Below, piece by piece: positions 26,040 to 38,800 of a stretch of DNA of 64,000 bases. A program made the translations under genes and the position numbers. A model generated the notes under the pieces. The model was not told the origin of the DNA and did not search any database. It was given only the letters and a program-made list of their open reading frames with translations. Source of the stretch: Sminthopsis crassicaudata (taxonomy: Eukaryota). Every line of letters begins with the position of its first letter. Positions within the stretch are counted from its first letter, which is position 1. The stretch spans positions 7,184,211 to 7,248,210 of the forward strand of contig NC_133623.1 of the NCBI RefSeq assembly GCF_048593235.1, read 5' to 3'.

Positions 26040-26283
26040 GGTGCAGTGGATAGANNNNNNNNNNNNNNNNNNNNNNNNNNNNNNNNNNNNNNNNNNNNNN
26101 NNNNNNNNNNNNNNNNNNNNNNNNNNNNNNNNNNNNNNNNNNNNNNNNNNNNNNNNNNNNNNNNNNNNNNNNNNNNNNNNNNNNNNNNNNNNCAAACCCC
26201 TCTGGGATCTCTGGCAAGAACACCCCAAATGTCATCACAAAGAGTCAAACACAACTGAAATGACCAAACAACAACAACAAAAA
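26040..26283 (+). mobile_element. Mar1-like SINE spanning the assembly gap
   Basis: Head 'ggtgcagtggataga' before the Ns, and RTE-type tail 'tcacaaagagtcaaacacaactgaaatgaccaaacaacaacaac' after them. Confidence 0.6.
26055..26192. other. Assembly gap (138 N)
   Basis: Run of N seen directly. Confidence 1.
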
Positions 26284-26324
26284 GCTTGACGTAGTCTTTC
26301 CAGAGAGCCAAAGAACCAATTGTT

Positions 26325-26490
26325 CATCTGTCCTTCCTCCTTCCCTCCCTCCTTGTCCTTCTTCCCCTATCTTTCCCTTCTTCCCTCCTCTTTCTTTCTT
26401 TTTTCATCCTTCTCCTTTCTTTTTTCCTTTCTTCTCTTTCTTCTTCTCTTTCTTCCTTCTTCTCCTTCTTCCTCTTCCCTTCCCTCCTTC
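26325..26490. repeat. Pyrimidine-rich (CT/TTC) low-complexity tract
   Basis: Almost purely C and T on the plus strand. Confidence 0.9.
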
Positions 26491-27479
26491 AGTAAACATC
26501 TGTTTATTACATGCCTGGTGAAAACACAAGAGTTTCTGCCCTCAAGGAACTTATGTTCCAGTAATGAGTGGGAATAGTAACTACAATATACAAAACACAT
26601 GCAAAATATTTGCAAATTGATAGATACTGTGTAGGAGAGGCCACATGAACTGAACATTGAAGAAAGATAGGGACCTTTTGAGGCAAAGGGGATGAGGGCT
26701 TCCATTGGAAGCAAGTGAGGTGGTGATGAGTGAATGATTATTGTGTATGGGAACAATCAAGAGACCAGTTTGGTTGAAATACAAAATGTCCCAAAAGGAT
26801 CAATGGATAATAAGCTTGGAAAGGTAGCCAGATTGTAAAGGGCTATCAATGCACCAAGATTCAGTAACTGCAAGTGCCTGTAGGGTAGCTGGAAGCGGAT
26901 GTATTTAACAGTCTTCAGCCAGAAACAGCCTAGAAATAAAAAGCCATTAGAAAGGACAATTCAGAAGCCAACCAAACACTGGGAAGCAGTGTCTCATTCT
27001 TATCAGGCTATCAACAATAAGGAACTGTGCTTTCTGTTACTGTTTATCATGAGAAATGAACGCTAATCTACCCCAAAACGAGTCAATAGAGCTTTTCCAT
27101 TATGACTTGTACCCTACAAGAGACAAAAATGGCATCCAACTTTCTAAATTGATTTTACAGCCTAGATTCAGGATTTGTTATTCCCAAATCTTCCTTCCCT
27201 GGGAAAGTGGATGGCAGAAGCTTGCCTTGCTCTCCACTTCCACAACTTCCCCAAAGGCCACTGGTGTGCCCATGTGTCATTGTGTTGCTCTACCTAGCTG
27301 AGACAGTTTACTGGGGTATGGCCATTGTATGCTGCAGCTTCTCAGTGTCACAAGTGTAAGTTAGGCGGATCAAGTAGACACTAAAAGTAGAAAGCAGCCC
27401 TGAAAAGGACTCAGCAACCCACACAGCAGAGGTACTAGACTTCCCTCAATGCACTGTATACCCCAGAGCTAGCTCAGTG

Positions 27480-28170
27480 TTTGGGAAGACTCAAAGGAAA
27501 GGTGGGGGAGCAGAGGCATTAGACTGTCTACCAAACTGAAGGTCTGTGAACCATTGTGCTGAGCTCATTGTTATATGTCTATGAAACCTGGACAGTATAA
27601 GAGTGCCATGCCAGGAAACGGAATCACATTTAAATTGTCTTAGAAAGAGTCTGAAGATCACATGGAAGGGCAAGGTGCCAGACACGGAATCCTTTCTCAA
27701 GCAAAACTGTCAAGCATTCAAACTCCACTGCAAAGAGCACAACTCTGTTGGGCTGGCCACATTGCTCAAATGCCAAATGGGTGCTTACCATAAAGACTAT
27801 TAACTCACACAGGTGAAGTGCTCACATGGTGCTCAGAAGTGATACAAGGACTCTCTCAATGTGTCTCTTAAGAACTTTGGAATTGATTGTGAGACATAAG
27901 AGACACTGGCATTGGACCCAGCATGGCCTGACCACGTCAAAAAAAGGCGCTGGGCTCTAGGAGCAAAGCAGAATTGAAGTAGCTCAAAAGAAATGTAGGG
28001 TGCGCAGAGAGAATCCAAACCAAATGTTCACATAGAATATGTGTGGCCATTCCATGGTAGAGCATTTGGAGCTCATATTGGTGTGATCAGTCTCAGCTGG
28101 ACATGCTGTAACTTCACTCCAATCTAGTGATGTCATTTTAGTCCTCCTTGAGAACAAAGTTCAATAACTA
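27480..28170 (+). mobile_element. RTE-clade LINE 3' fragment (marsupial RTE1-like)
   Basis: Degenerate ORF end (tatgaaacctggacagtat, ctctgttgggctggccacattg) and tail 'tagtgatgtcattttagtcctccttgagaacaaag'. Confidence 0.8.
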
Positions 28171-29258
28171 GTCATCTGTCGGAGTTATCTGTGAAATGAG
28201 GGGACCAAGGCAACTGCTCCAATGGGAAGATTAAAGGGTCAAAAGGTTTTGTCCTTGACCTTTCTACCCAGTCATTTCTGTGACCCTTTCCAAACTTCAT
28301 CACTCCTTTTCTTCCCTTTTACCTTGATTTTGGTTTGTCTTCTGGTATCTGGAACAAAGTTATCTCTATCTCATCAATAACTTCTGCTTTCCTTTGAGGA
28401 AGAAAAATTGCTGTCCCCATTTCACCTGGAGCTACCTGAAAACTTTTGTCATCTGAGTGTGTACTGGAAAGGATGCCCGTATCTGACCTAGTACCATGAG
28501 CAACCACAGCCTGGCAAAGGAACCTCCCCCAGCCACCTTGACATGGCTACTCTTTCTTTAACTTTTAAGCAGGGGCAGTGAAGAGAGGAGGGGAAGGGAT
28601 AGGATGGAAAGTGTCAAAGAAGTAATTGTTTATGGAGGAAAGAATAACAATCTTTCTGGGAAAATGAGAGAGAATTCTGTTTGGATTACAGCCTGCCTTT
28701 CATGTTTCAGTAATAAAACAAAACACACACACACACAAAAGAACTTCTTTCAGACCATACTTGACAGTAATGGGTCCTATTACTGGGGGTGGTGGTGGTA
28801 ATGTCAGGCCTGCCTGAGAAAGTGTACCAATTACTGTAGAAAGAAGAATCCTAATGTTTTAGAACAAAATGAGGATGGAAAGATCCTGGACCTCTTTTTT
28901 TTCCTATTGTTTCCCCAAATGAAGGATGGGGTCTTGTTCCCAATGTGTGGCTTCTAAGTCTTCAAGGTTCTAGATAAAATTCAAAAGGAAAATTCGTTTG
29001 GAATGCAGAAAAGAGGTCAACTGCAAATCATCAAATTTAAATATTTCTCTACTTAAAAACTGGTATTATCCCCTTTACCCACATACTCTGTGATTGAGCG
29101 ACCCTCAGACAAGATACTCCATCACTCTATTCTGGACATTGTCCCTGCCTATCTCTGCTATACCTGGAACTCCATCCTTCCCTGTTTTACCTTCTTGGCT
29201 TCCTTAAAGTCCCAGATAAAATCCAACCTTCTATGAGAAACTTTTCCCAATCCCTCTT

Positions 29259-29867
29259 TTTTTATTAATTTTATAATTATACATTTTTGACAGTATATAT
29301 GCATGAGTAAATTATCCCTTGTATTCATTTTTCCAAATTATCCCCTCCCTCCCTCTACTCCCTCCCCTAGATGACAGGCAATCCCATACATTTTACATGT
29401 GTTACAATATAACCTAGATACAATATATGTGTGTAAATACCATTTTCTTGTTGCATGTTAAGTATTAGATTCCGAAGGTATAAGTAACCTGGTATATAGA
29501 CAGTAGTACTAACAATTTACATTCACTTCCCAGTGTTCCTTCTCTGGGTGTAGTTGTTTCTGTCCATCATTGATCAGCTGGAAGTGAGTTGGATCTTCTT
29601 TATGTTGAAGATTTCCACTTCCATCAGAATACATCTTCATACAGTATTGTGGTTGAAGTGTACAGTGATCTTCTGGTTCTGCTCATTTCACTCAGCATCA
29701 GTTCATGTAATTGTCTCCAGGCCTCTCTGTATTCATCCTGCTGGTCATTTCTTACAGAGCAATAATATTCCATCACATTTATCTAAACTTATTCAATCAT
29801 TCTCCAGTTGATGGACATCCATTCATCTTCCAGTTTCTAGCCACTACGAAAAGAGCTGCCACAAACA
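29259..29867 (-). mobile_element. Young 5'-truncated L1
   Basis: 17-bp TSD ttttcccaatccctctt at 29242-29258 and 29868-29884. Same subfamily as the L1 at 11764. Confidence 0.92.
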
Positions 29868-29912
29868 TTTTCCCAATCCCTCTTAATGCCAGTGTCTTTG
29901 CTCTATTTATTT

Positions 29913-30056
29913 TTTTGCTGAGGCAACTGGAGTTAAGTGACTTGCCCAGGGTCACACAACTAGGAAGTGTTTAGTGTCTGAGACCAAATTTGAACTTAAG
30001 TCCTCCTGACTTCAGGGCTGGTGCTGTATCCACTGTGCCAACCTAACTTCCCCACC
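29913..30056 (-). mobile_element. WSINE1-type SINE
   Basis: 9-bp TSD ctatttatt at 29904-29912 and 30057-30065. Aligns with the copy at 32870. Confidence 0.85.
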
Positions 30057-31339
30057 CTATTTATTAGCACCATTTTATCCTGTATAGCTTTTGTTTAGAC
30101 ATAACAGTTTGCATATTGTCTGCCAAGTTACACTGAATTTCTTGAGAATACATGGTCTTTTGTCTTTCTTTAGTATCTCCAAAACTTGGGACAGTTCTTG
30201 ACACATAATAGACTCTCAATAAAGACTTACTGAATTACTGACTATTGTGTGAGAGTTAATGTAGCTGAACTGGATTCTAGTCCCTCTGGTAACATATATG
30301 GATGCTTAACTTTCTAAAGGTTCAGGCAACACTCCAAGACTTTGAGGTTAGAGCAGGTACTGCTCAAGATGGCCAGAAGTCAATTCCTCACCTGAGTTCC
30401 TTTTACCAAAGAAAATACAGGTTTGGGGAAAAGCAAATAAATGTTAAGTATACAAACATCAACATATTTTTCAAACCCATCACAAAAATTCATGAAAGTG
30501 AAGAGAATATTGGCTATTAAAGCTGGTAGGATGAAGTGGGGAAAAGCCTTGAACTGGGTGAAGAAGGGCATGCAGGAAGGGGAAGGCATAGAACTGGACT
30601 CAAGTTCAAATAGAAATAGATCTCTGCAAGAAGCACACTGACTTAGAAAGCCATAAATACACATTATCTATGTTGCATATTATTTGTATTTAATTTTGTT
30701 CAGTGTTTCTTAATTGTATTTTAATCTCATTCAGAATCCTGAGGGGCCTGAACTGATGCAGAATAAGGTGGGCAGAGCAGAAAAAATATACAAAGATTGC
30801 AACATTCTAGGGGGAAAAAAACTGAAAATCTGAAGAGGCATTTTACCTGTCTCCTCAAGCATCTCCATGTGATGGATTCAAGGTGCAGAAATAGACATGT
30901 ATTATTTTTCAAGTTTTTAATTGAAGACTGAGGGGAGTTAGCAATAGTGATGCTCAAAAAAGAGGCGAGTTGAAATATTGTCCCAAAATGCACAAAGAGA
31001 AGGATGTTGAGAACAAAAAATAGATGAGCAGGATAGTTTTCAAATATGTGAAATTTATAATATACTATTTTCAAAAGCAAGCAGTATGAAATGGAAATTT
31101 GTAATTTCATATACAGTTGTCTTTTTGTGTTCTGAGATATATACTTAGATAGAAAAGTGCTTCTTGATGGGTTCCTCTAAGTTCAAACTAAAAATATAAA
31201 ATAAAAAAATTAAGATCTTTTATTCAAAGATCAACTTGAGTGCCATCACCTCTGTGAAACAGTTCTTGACCTTTTTTCAGCTGTTTGCTTTCTTTCACTC
31301 TCCTCACCTTTCCCTCCAACAGTTTGTCTGATCTCTCCC

Positions 31340-31545
31340 CTCCATCAACATTTACTAGCTATGTGACCCAAATTAGTAACTTTAATTTCTGCTTGCCTCA
31401 GTTTCCCCATCTGTAAAATGGGGATAATGAGAACACCCACCTCACTGGGTTGTTGACAGGATCAGATGAGATCATGTTTTTAAAAAGCATCACAATGCCT
31501 GGCACATAGTAAGGGCTATATAAATGCTAGCATTTATTTATTCAT
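31340..31545 (+). mobile_element. MIR SINE
   Basis: 'ctagctatgtgacc...gcctcagtttccccatctgtaaaatggggataat...gcctggcacatagtaag'. Confidence 0.8.
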
Positions 31546-31750
31546 TAATCTCTTTGTTCATTTAATTATTCAGCCATTCCTCAGTTGATGGGCTGTCCCT
31601 TAGATTCTTATTATTTGCTTTTTTGTTTTTTTTGTTCCCTTTTCATCCCTATTCAAACCGTTAGAAGTTTGTTGTCTTTGCATCCAGTCCCTCAGTGGGT
31701 AGCAGCATCCCTCTTATTTCTCTGTTGCTTTTGATGTATTTTTCCACCAG

Positions 31751-31834
31751 CATGTAGGAGTGAGCATTCCACTCCTCTCTGCTTTATCCAATGTCGCACC
31801 TGACTACTTTGGTCCCTCACTGTCTGAGGATCAG
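31751..31834 (+). CDS. Candidate 84-nt internal exon (HVGVSIPLLSALSNVAPDYFGPSLSEDQ)
   Basis: Acceptor gtatttttccaccag| and donor CAG|gtaggt. Phase 0-0 open frame in non-repeat sequence. Confidence 0.3.
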
Positions 31835-32869
31835 GTAGGTTACAGTTTGTACCTCACCTAAGGTTCTCCAGGACCTTAAGGGGATTTGGAGATTGGAATG
31901 GGACTAGATTCTCTGCAGATGGCTCCAGACCTGGCTGATTGTGTTCCCCCCAAGTGTAAGGTTGGGTCCCCTGCACCCCAGTTACATTTAGCCACTAACA
32001 ATCACTAGCTGTTTTTTTTTTTTTTATAAAGGAATATTTACTTCAAAAAGTATAATCACAGATATGTGAACTTGCCCCCAATACATGATGCTTAATTCTC
32101 CTCACTCTCCATATTCAGTTTCTGGGATAAACAAAGGGATTAGGCTCATAGCTTAATTCAGTTCCTATAGAGCACAGTTCCAGTTTTCAAATCCCAAATC
32201 CTAATTGGACTGGAGATCCTAGCTTCTCAGGGCTTTTCTTCTGGGCTAGTTGGCTGCACCATCCTGCCTGGAATAGTGGCTCCTCCAAAATCATCACAGC
32301 TTGAACTCCCAAACTAGTAGGAACCACTGAGGGAGACACCTTAAACAGAGGACAAACAAAACTGAGCAGAAATCAGGCCTATTTCTTGGAGCTAGATAAA
32401 AGAGGAAGCAGAAGAAGGAAGGCTTCCATTCTCAGCAGTTCAGTTCATGGCACTTGTGCTCTGGGTAAACTGTGATCTTCACCTTCTGGACATAGCTGGA
32501 AGAGTAGGAAAGAGCAAGAACCAGAAGGAGCAGCAGAAGCTACTTTTAAAGATGTCCCTTGATCTGATTACAAAGCACATCAAAGGAAGCTACCTCTACT
32601 TCAGTGGTAGGGGACAGAGTTCCTCAGTGGTAGATGATCTGGGTATGCTTCCAAGACCCCATTCCACACATAAGAATGTGTATTAAGTGATATCCTCTCC
32701 CTCAACTCCTTCCATGTTGATATTCTCTTTTTTTCCTTTACCTCAATTGTGAGAAATATAGTGTCTTCTTTCTTTTACCTTTCCTTCTCTTTCTCCTCAA
32801 ACTCTAGTCTAATGTTAACACCATACCATCATAAGTCATTTTCAATTGTTCAGATAAATTTACCTTTTT

Positions 32870-33009
32870 TTCCCCCCTGAGGCTGGGGTTAAGTGACTTA
32901 CCCAGGGTCACACAGCTAGGAAGTGTTAAGTGTCTGAGACCAGATTTGAACTCGAGTCCCCCTGAATTCAGGGCTGGTGTTCTATCCACTGCGCCACCTA
33001 GCTGCCCCC
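32870..33009 (-). mobile_element. WSINE1 (young tRNA-derived marsupial SINE)
   Basis: The minus strand reads ggggcagctaggtggcgcagtggataga...gagttcaaatctggtctcagacacttaacacttcctagctgtgtgaccctggg. 15-bp TSD taaatttaccttttt at 32855-32869 and 33010-33024. CpGs retained. Confidence 0.92.
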
Positions 33010-33024
33010 TAAATTTACCTTTTT

Positions 33025-33750
33025 AAGTTTCTTTGTACTCTTTTATTTCCAACTTCCTACTCGGCTCTAGTCTTCATCAGAAATGCCTGAAGGACCTCTA
33101 TTCCACTTTTAGAGATTTCCTCTTGTTTATGCTAGATGTTGCCAGATCTTCTGTGATCCTGACTATGGTTTCTTGGTACTTGAATAACTTCATTCTGAAT
33201 GCTTATTTCTCTTAGATATAGCAACTCCAGATTTTGACTTTGATATTTCTGGGATTTTTCTACTTTTTATGTTCCATTATGACCTTCAGTAGAGAGACCT
33301 TGTTTGGTTTCATTCTGGATCACCTAGGTTCTTGTACTTCTCAGCTTCAGGCTCACTGGGTCTTTGAGGTTGAGTTCTGGATTCTCAGGACCAAGTGCTA
33401 GGGACTGGGAGGACCCTAGATGTCTGAGGCACTCTAGTTTGAATACTATTATTCAAGCTCTTCTAAGGTCACATTGGGGCTTTCTGACTTTACTGGGGCT
33501 TTCTTTGGAGCTTTCCACTTCTGTTGTCTCTAATCACAATGGCCTGAAAGCTAATGTCTCTGGCTTATTACTGCTCTTAAAGGAAAGCTGGGCTTATTTG
33601 CCTGCTCTGGTGCTGGCTTTGCTGCCAGCTTCCTTTCCTAAAGATCGTAGGCTCACTTTTCATACATTTCTGGGTGGGAGTAGTCACTCATTGTAGTTCT
33701 CATTAAATTTATTGATCATCATTCAGTCTAGTGCAAATGTCAGGGTTTTG
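33025..33750 (-). mobile_element. Old L1/HAL1-like remnant
   Basis: Composition and motifs resemble 2560-3460. Boundaries approximate. Confidence 0.35.
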
Positions 33751-34466
33751 CTGGATTAAGTACATGAGAGCTGGGCAATCTGCTTTCTATTTAACCAGCC
33801 ATCTTGTCTGGAAGAGCTTTGAAGTAAGGTAGGGAAGACCAAAGATTGACATGAGAAGGAAAAAAAAGTTCAGTTACCTGAAAGAGTATAGTGCGTAAAA
33901 AGAACAGTGAAGTTATATCAAGCTGCAAAATGAGATTGAAATCAGAACCTGTGCTAAATACTGGGGATACAAACAAAGGCAAAACCAATCCTGATCCTTC
34001 TAATGTTCTAATGGAGACAACATGCAAATGTCTAGGTATATCCGAAGTACTTAGAAGATAAATTTGAGGTAGTTCCAAAGGGAAGGCACTAGTAAAATGG
34101 AAAGACTTCTTGCAATAAGAGCATTTGGATTGAGTCTAAAAGGGACCCAAGGAAGCCGGGAAATGGAAGTGAGTGGGTAGTGAATTCTAGGCATGGAAGA
34201 TAGATAGCCAATAAGAAGGCACAAGGGTGGGAGATAGCATGCTATAATGCCATGAACAGCAGGGAGGCCAGTGGATGGGGAATGCTAGAGTATATTGAGA
34301 GACAAGTGTTGAGAACTGTTGAGAAGACTGGAATTGAAGAAAAAGGGCTAGTGAGGAAAGGTTTTAAAAGCCAAGAGATTTTGTATTTGATCCTCTAGTT
34401 AATAGGGAGCTACTGCAGGTTGTTGAAGAAGAAGGACCAAGATCTATGCATCAGGAAGATTCTTTT

Positions 34467-35200
34467 TTTTAGAGAACTTTTTATTTTTAAAACATAAGTA
34501 TGGATAATTTTCAATATTCACCCTTGCAAAACCTTGCGTTCCAATTTTTTTCTGTCCCCTTTACCCTCATCTCCTTCCCTAGACAGCAAGCAATCCAATA
34601 TATGTTAAACAAGTACAATTTTTCTGTACACCTTTCCACAATTATCATGCTGCACAAGAAAAATCAGATCAAAAAGGGGGAAAAATGAGAAAGAAAACAA
34701 AAAAGCAAGCAAACGGCAACCACAAAAAAATGAAAATACTCTGTTGTGATCCACACTCAATGCCACCGCCCTCTCGTTAAGTGCAGATGGCTCTCTCAAT
34801 CACAAGACCATTGGAACTGGCCTGAATCACCTTGCTGTTGAAAAGAGCCAAGTCCATTACAATTGATCTTCACATAATCTTGCTGTTGCCGTATACTATG
34901 ATCTCCTGGTCCTGCTCATCTCACTCAGCATCAGTCCTGTAAGTCTCTCCAGGCCTTTCTGAAATCATCCTCCTGATCATTTCTTATAGAACAATAATAT
35001 TCCATAACATTCATATACCATAATTCATTCAGCCATTCCCCAACTGACGGCTGTCCACTCAGTTTCCAGTTTCTTTCCACCACAAAAAGGGCTGCTACAA
35101 GCATTTCCCTTTTCCCTTTTTTATGATCTCTTTGGGATACATGCCCAATATAGAAACTGCTGGATCCACGAGCATGCACAGTTTCATAGTTTTTTGGGTA
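34467..35200 (-). mobile_element. 5'-truncated L1 inserted in an L2 remnant
   Basis: 14-bp TSD aggaagattctttt at 34453-34466 and 35201-35214. ORF 34931-35287 contains the L1 ORF2 C-terminus (AALFVVERNWKL). Confidence 0.9.
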
Positions 35201-35219
35201 AGGAAGATTCTTTTGACAA

Positions 35220-37370
35220 TTGTGAAAGACGGTGTCCAGTCTTAAGAACCAATTACTTTTGCAAGGAGTGATGTAAAAATGAACCACAAAGTACTAAGAA
35301 TGAGCCACTTTTTGATTGGCTATAAACATTAATTTAATGGTTAGTACTTGGAACATTGAGATTCCAATCAAACAACTGAGTCAACATACTGAATAATTTC
35401 CATATCTATAAGGCCACTATCTAGAATACCAGACTACAAAAGGAAGCTACTGCTAAAAGGAAAGCTGGCAGTCCAGGAGCTAGGAGAGTTTACTTATCAT
35501 TGAAAGGCTATAAGCTTATCTTGGATTGCAGTGCTCAGGATGAATATTAATTGAGGTACATATACCAAGAGCCTCAGGCAGAGGATGAGAGGTAAGGAAA
35601 GTCTAAGAAGAAGTAGATAAGAACTTCTCAATTAAATCAGCATATACTAGAACCTTTCCAGTGAATGCAATGCAACAAAAATGGGCATAGGGAATGATAT
35701 CAATTATATTGGGAATAAGCACTCAGGATCTAGAAGCAATAGAGTTCAAAGACTCAGACCTTCCACAGGAGCCTTACATAGCATATATATACTATATTCA
35801 GGAAATGTGCCAAGGAACATGGACCAAGGCCAGAATCAAACAGCAAGGCAAAAAACAAAACAATACAAAAAAACAAACAAAAAACAAACAAACCTGTTTG
35901 TAATGTCTTAGGAAATAACCGATTGCTGATTCATCTGTTTGAACAGTTAGATCATCAACTTATTTATTAAGGAGAAAATAAAAGTCAAAACCAAATTAGG
36001 AGAGAGGATAAAGATGAGAAAAATAAATCTCATAAAATTACATTATCCACAGCTTGCCCTATATAATTAAACTACTGTAACTCACAAATGAAAAAAAAAA
36101 TGGATAAACGAATAGATATCAACATGGACTGTCACCATTTCATAAGAGTTTAGTGAATTTAAAGCAGTCACCAGAACAAGAAGGCCAAACAATATAGAAA
36201 CTGCCTCAGTCAGCAAATACTTGCTCTGTTAAGTGCAAGAGAGATGACAGCAAAAGGAAATATTAGTTTAGGCCATAAACTGATTTTTAAAATGTTAAAT
36301 ATAAAGGTAATGGAATATGAGCAGAATACTGCATTCAACAATAAAAAGCAGTCAAAGAGCAAATAAGTTTCCAGAAGTTTTGATGAGAAAGGGCACATTA
36401 CTATGGCATTTAAGAATGAAACTCAGTGGAGAAGAAGAGAGAGGAATATCGATTGGATCTATGGTTTTATTTCTATAGGGAAGCCCTGGGTGAGAAAATT
36501 CCCTTTACCAATGTTATCTTTACCTTGTGGTCTTAGAGAATTATCTGGATTACCCAGCCAGCAAGTGAATCTCAATTTTCTTTATTGGAGACTGACTCTA
36601 TTCACTATGCACAACACTGCCTATACTCAAAAGCAACAATTGAATAAAAAAAGAAAGGAATTTTAGATTTGTCAGCATTTCTTTAATAAGCTGTGTTCTC
36701 TATCAATGGGTACAGAATCACTATATTTGGATTTTAACGTCACAGGTTCTTATCTCTACATGAGAAAGTAGAGAAGACACCCAAAGAAACAGATGGTAAG
36801 AACAGCAAGACAAGATAGAATATACATAGATTAAAAACCATTTCCATGTTATAGGCAAGACTATTTTGAGGATATTGAGAAACTGACTCTCAAGGTAATT
36901 GGAAGAAGAGAAGATATTGAAAATTGGTAGGGGGTAAGGGTAGACATAAATAATGATCAATACACTTATTTTTCATCTTTGTAAAACATGAGAATGATCT
37001 ATACCTGAGGCATCCTTTATAAAGACCTGGAGAGAAACAGACTTTTGCAAAGCAGAACTATATATTTTTATAGTTTACACAACTAAATGCAAGGCATAGA
37101 AAAGACAAAATTCTGTGAGCTTATTTGTTAGTTGATCTATAAGAAAGCTCTTAATCTTGTTGAACAAAATTCCCCTTTAAAGGTCCTCTTCCATAGGAAA
37201 AAACATGTGGATGAAGAATATACATTACATAGACTTGGTATGTACTTGGAGGGATTCTCCTTTGAGGTGGTCCATCAGTATGTATATTTTGGACAAACAC
37301 ATGTGTGCAGTGAACTAGACCCAGAATTGGGTAAGAAGGAAATAGATTCAGTTATATTTAGAAAATCATG
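35220..37370 (+). mobile_element. Highly decayed RTE-clade LINE (endonuclease end to RT)
   Basis: 'DINYIGNK' resembles the endonuclease IDYI motif. 37130-37370 resembles RTE post-RT sequence. Parts align loosely with 59380-60640. Confidence 0.5.
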
Positions 37371-37439
37371 ATACCTAAGGAGACTGTGTATGGAGGAGAA
37401 CTTCAGCATTACAGATCATGATTATGTTTAGTGGGGCCT

Positions 37440-38800
37440 TCAACAGAAATGGGTTAGATTAAAGAATGAGTAGATATAGGGAAAAGATGAGGTGTTTAAA
37501 TTTAGAGGAATTAAATTTGAGGTGCTGCTTTGCTTTCCAGTTAGAAGTCACTTATCTAAGAGGAAATTGGAGATATGGTTTGGGAGAGAGACTAGGGCTC
37601 ACTATGTAGTTCTAATATTTATAGATACTGATGATTGAACTCATAAGAACTGCTGAGATCAGCAAGGGAGAATATAGAGAGAAGAAGACGCATACTAAGG
37701 GAGCAGGTGATGCTCTAGTATAGAAGATTGAAGAGTCCTGACCAGTATGGGCTGATAAGAGAACATTGACCCCTGGGAGCCAAGAGTAGAGAGGGTATTG
37801 ATGGTCAAGAAAAATGCCTTTTTTAGGATGGTGGAGTTGGGAAGGTGATTGAAGATAATAATAGTTATTATTTATATAGCATTTTAAGATTTGCCAAGCA
37901 CTTTACAAATATCTTGTTTTATCCTCACAACAACCTTAGGACGTTGGTGCTATTATTATCTCCATCTTACAGATGAGCAGATTGAGACAGGTTCAGATGA
38001 AGTGACTTGCCCATAGTCACACGGTTTCTAAGTATCTGAGGCTGGGTTTGAATGTAGGGGTTCCTGACTCCAGGTGCTGCACTCTATTCACTGTACCAAT
38101 TAACTGCCTCTTCAAGAGACAAGAAAGATGAGAAAAGGAATGGGGGCTATGGGACAAGTTTCTAAAAGCGAGGGGAAGAGGAGAGGGCTTGGGAAGATGA
38201 GGTATGGAGGAAAGTCACTGTAGAAGCTCATGAGGGACGTTTTTGTTTTTCTTGGCAAAACAAGAGAAGAGACCATCTGCTCAGCCAGAGAAGTGAGGGA
38301 CTTGACAGAAAGAAAAGATTGGAACAGTCAAGGTGGGTGGTGGAGATCAGAAGGAAACAAGTAACAAGATTTTGTAGTGGGATAAGTAAGAAGGATCAAT
38401 ATGATTAAATGAGATAAGAGATAAAAAAGTGCTTTGTAGACCTTAAACTTTTCCATCATCATCGTCATCACTTTTTTTTTTTTTTTTGCTTTTATTCAGC
38501 CACATTTCACATTTGTGGATAGAAGTTGGGAGATGGGGGTAACCAAAGATTGAAGCCTGGCAGGGCAGAACAGTTGGGGAGGCAAATCAATGGGTAGGAC
38601 AGCACCTCATTGAATTAGTTCACTACCAGGCCAATGTCAGAAGCAGAGGAAATTAGGTCAGAACTGGTGTGATCATCTCAGAGAATAGGTAGGGAGGAGG
38701 GGGTTGAAGATCACAGTCAAGGCTGAGTTTGTGGAAGAATTTGAGGGATACGAAGGGCAGGAGACTGTGTATGGAGGAGAACTGCAGCATTACAGATCAT
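37440..38800 (-). mobile_element. L2 remnants with an embedded MIR (about 37860-38105)
   Basis: L2-type purine-rich motifs. MIR 'aagcactttacaaatatc...tcctcacaacaacc...cagatgagcagattgag'. Confidence 0.65.

Noticed and set aside
25912-26756. ORFs spanning the N gap and the CT-rich tract
   Set aside because: They are artefacts of unknown bases and simple sequence.
28323-28435. Minus-strand exon candidate VAPGEMGTAIFLPQRKAEVIDEIEITLFQIPEDKPKS
   Set aside because: The acceptor tract is poor, I found no linkable neighbours, and it runs opposite to the inferred host transcription.
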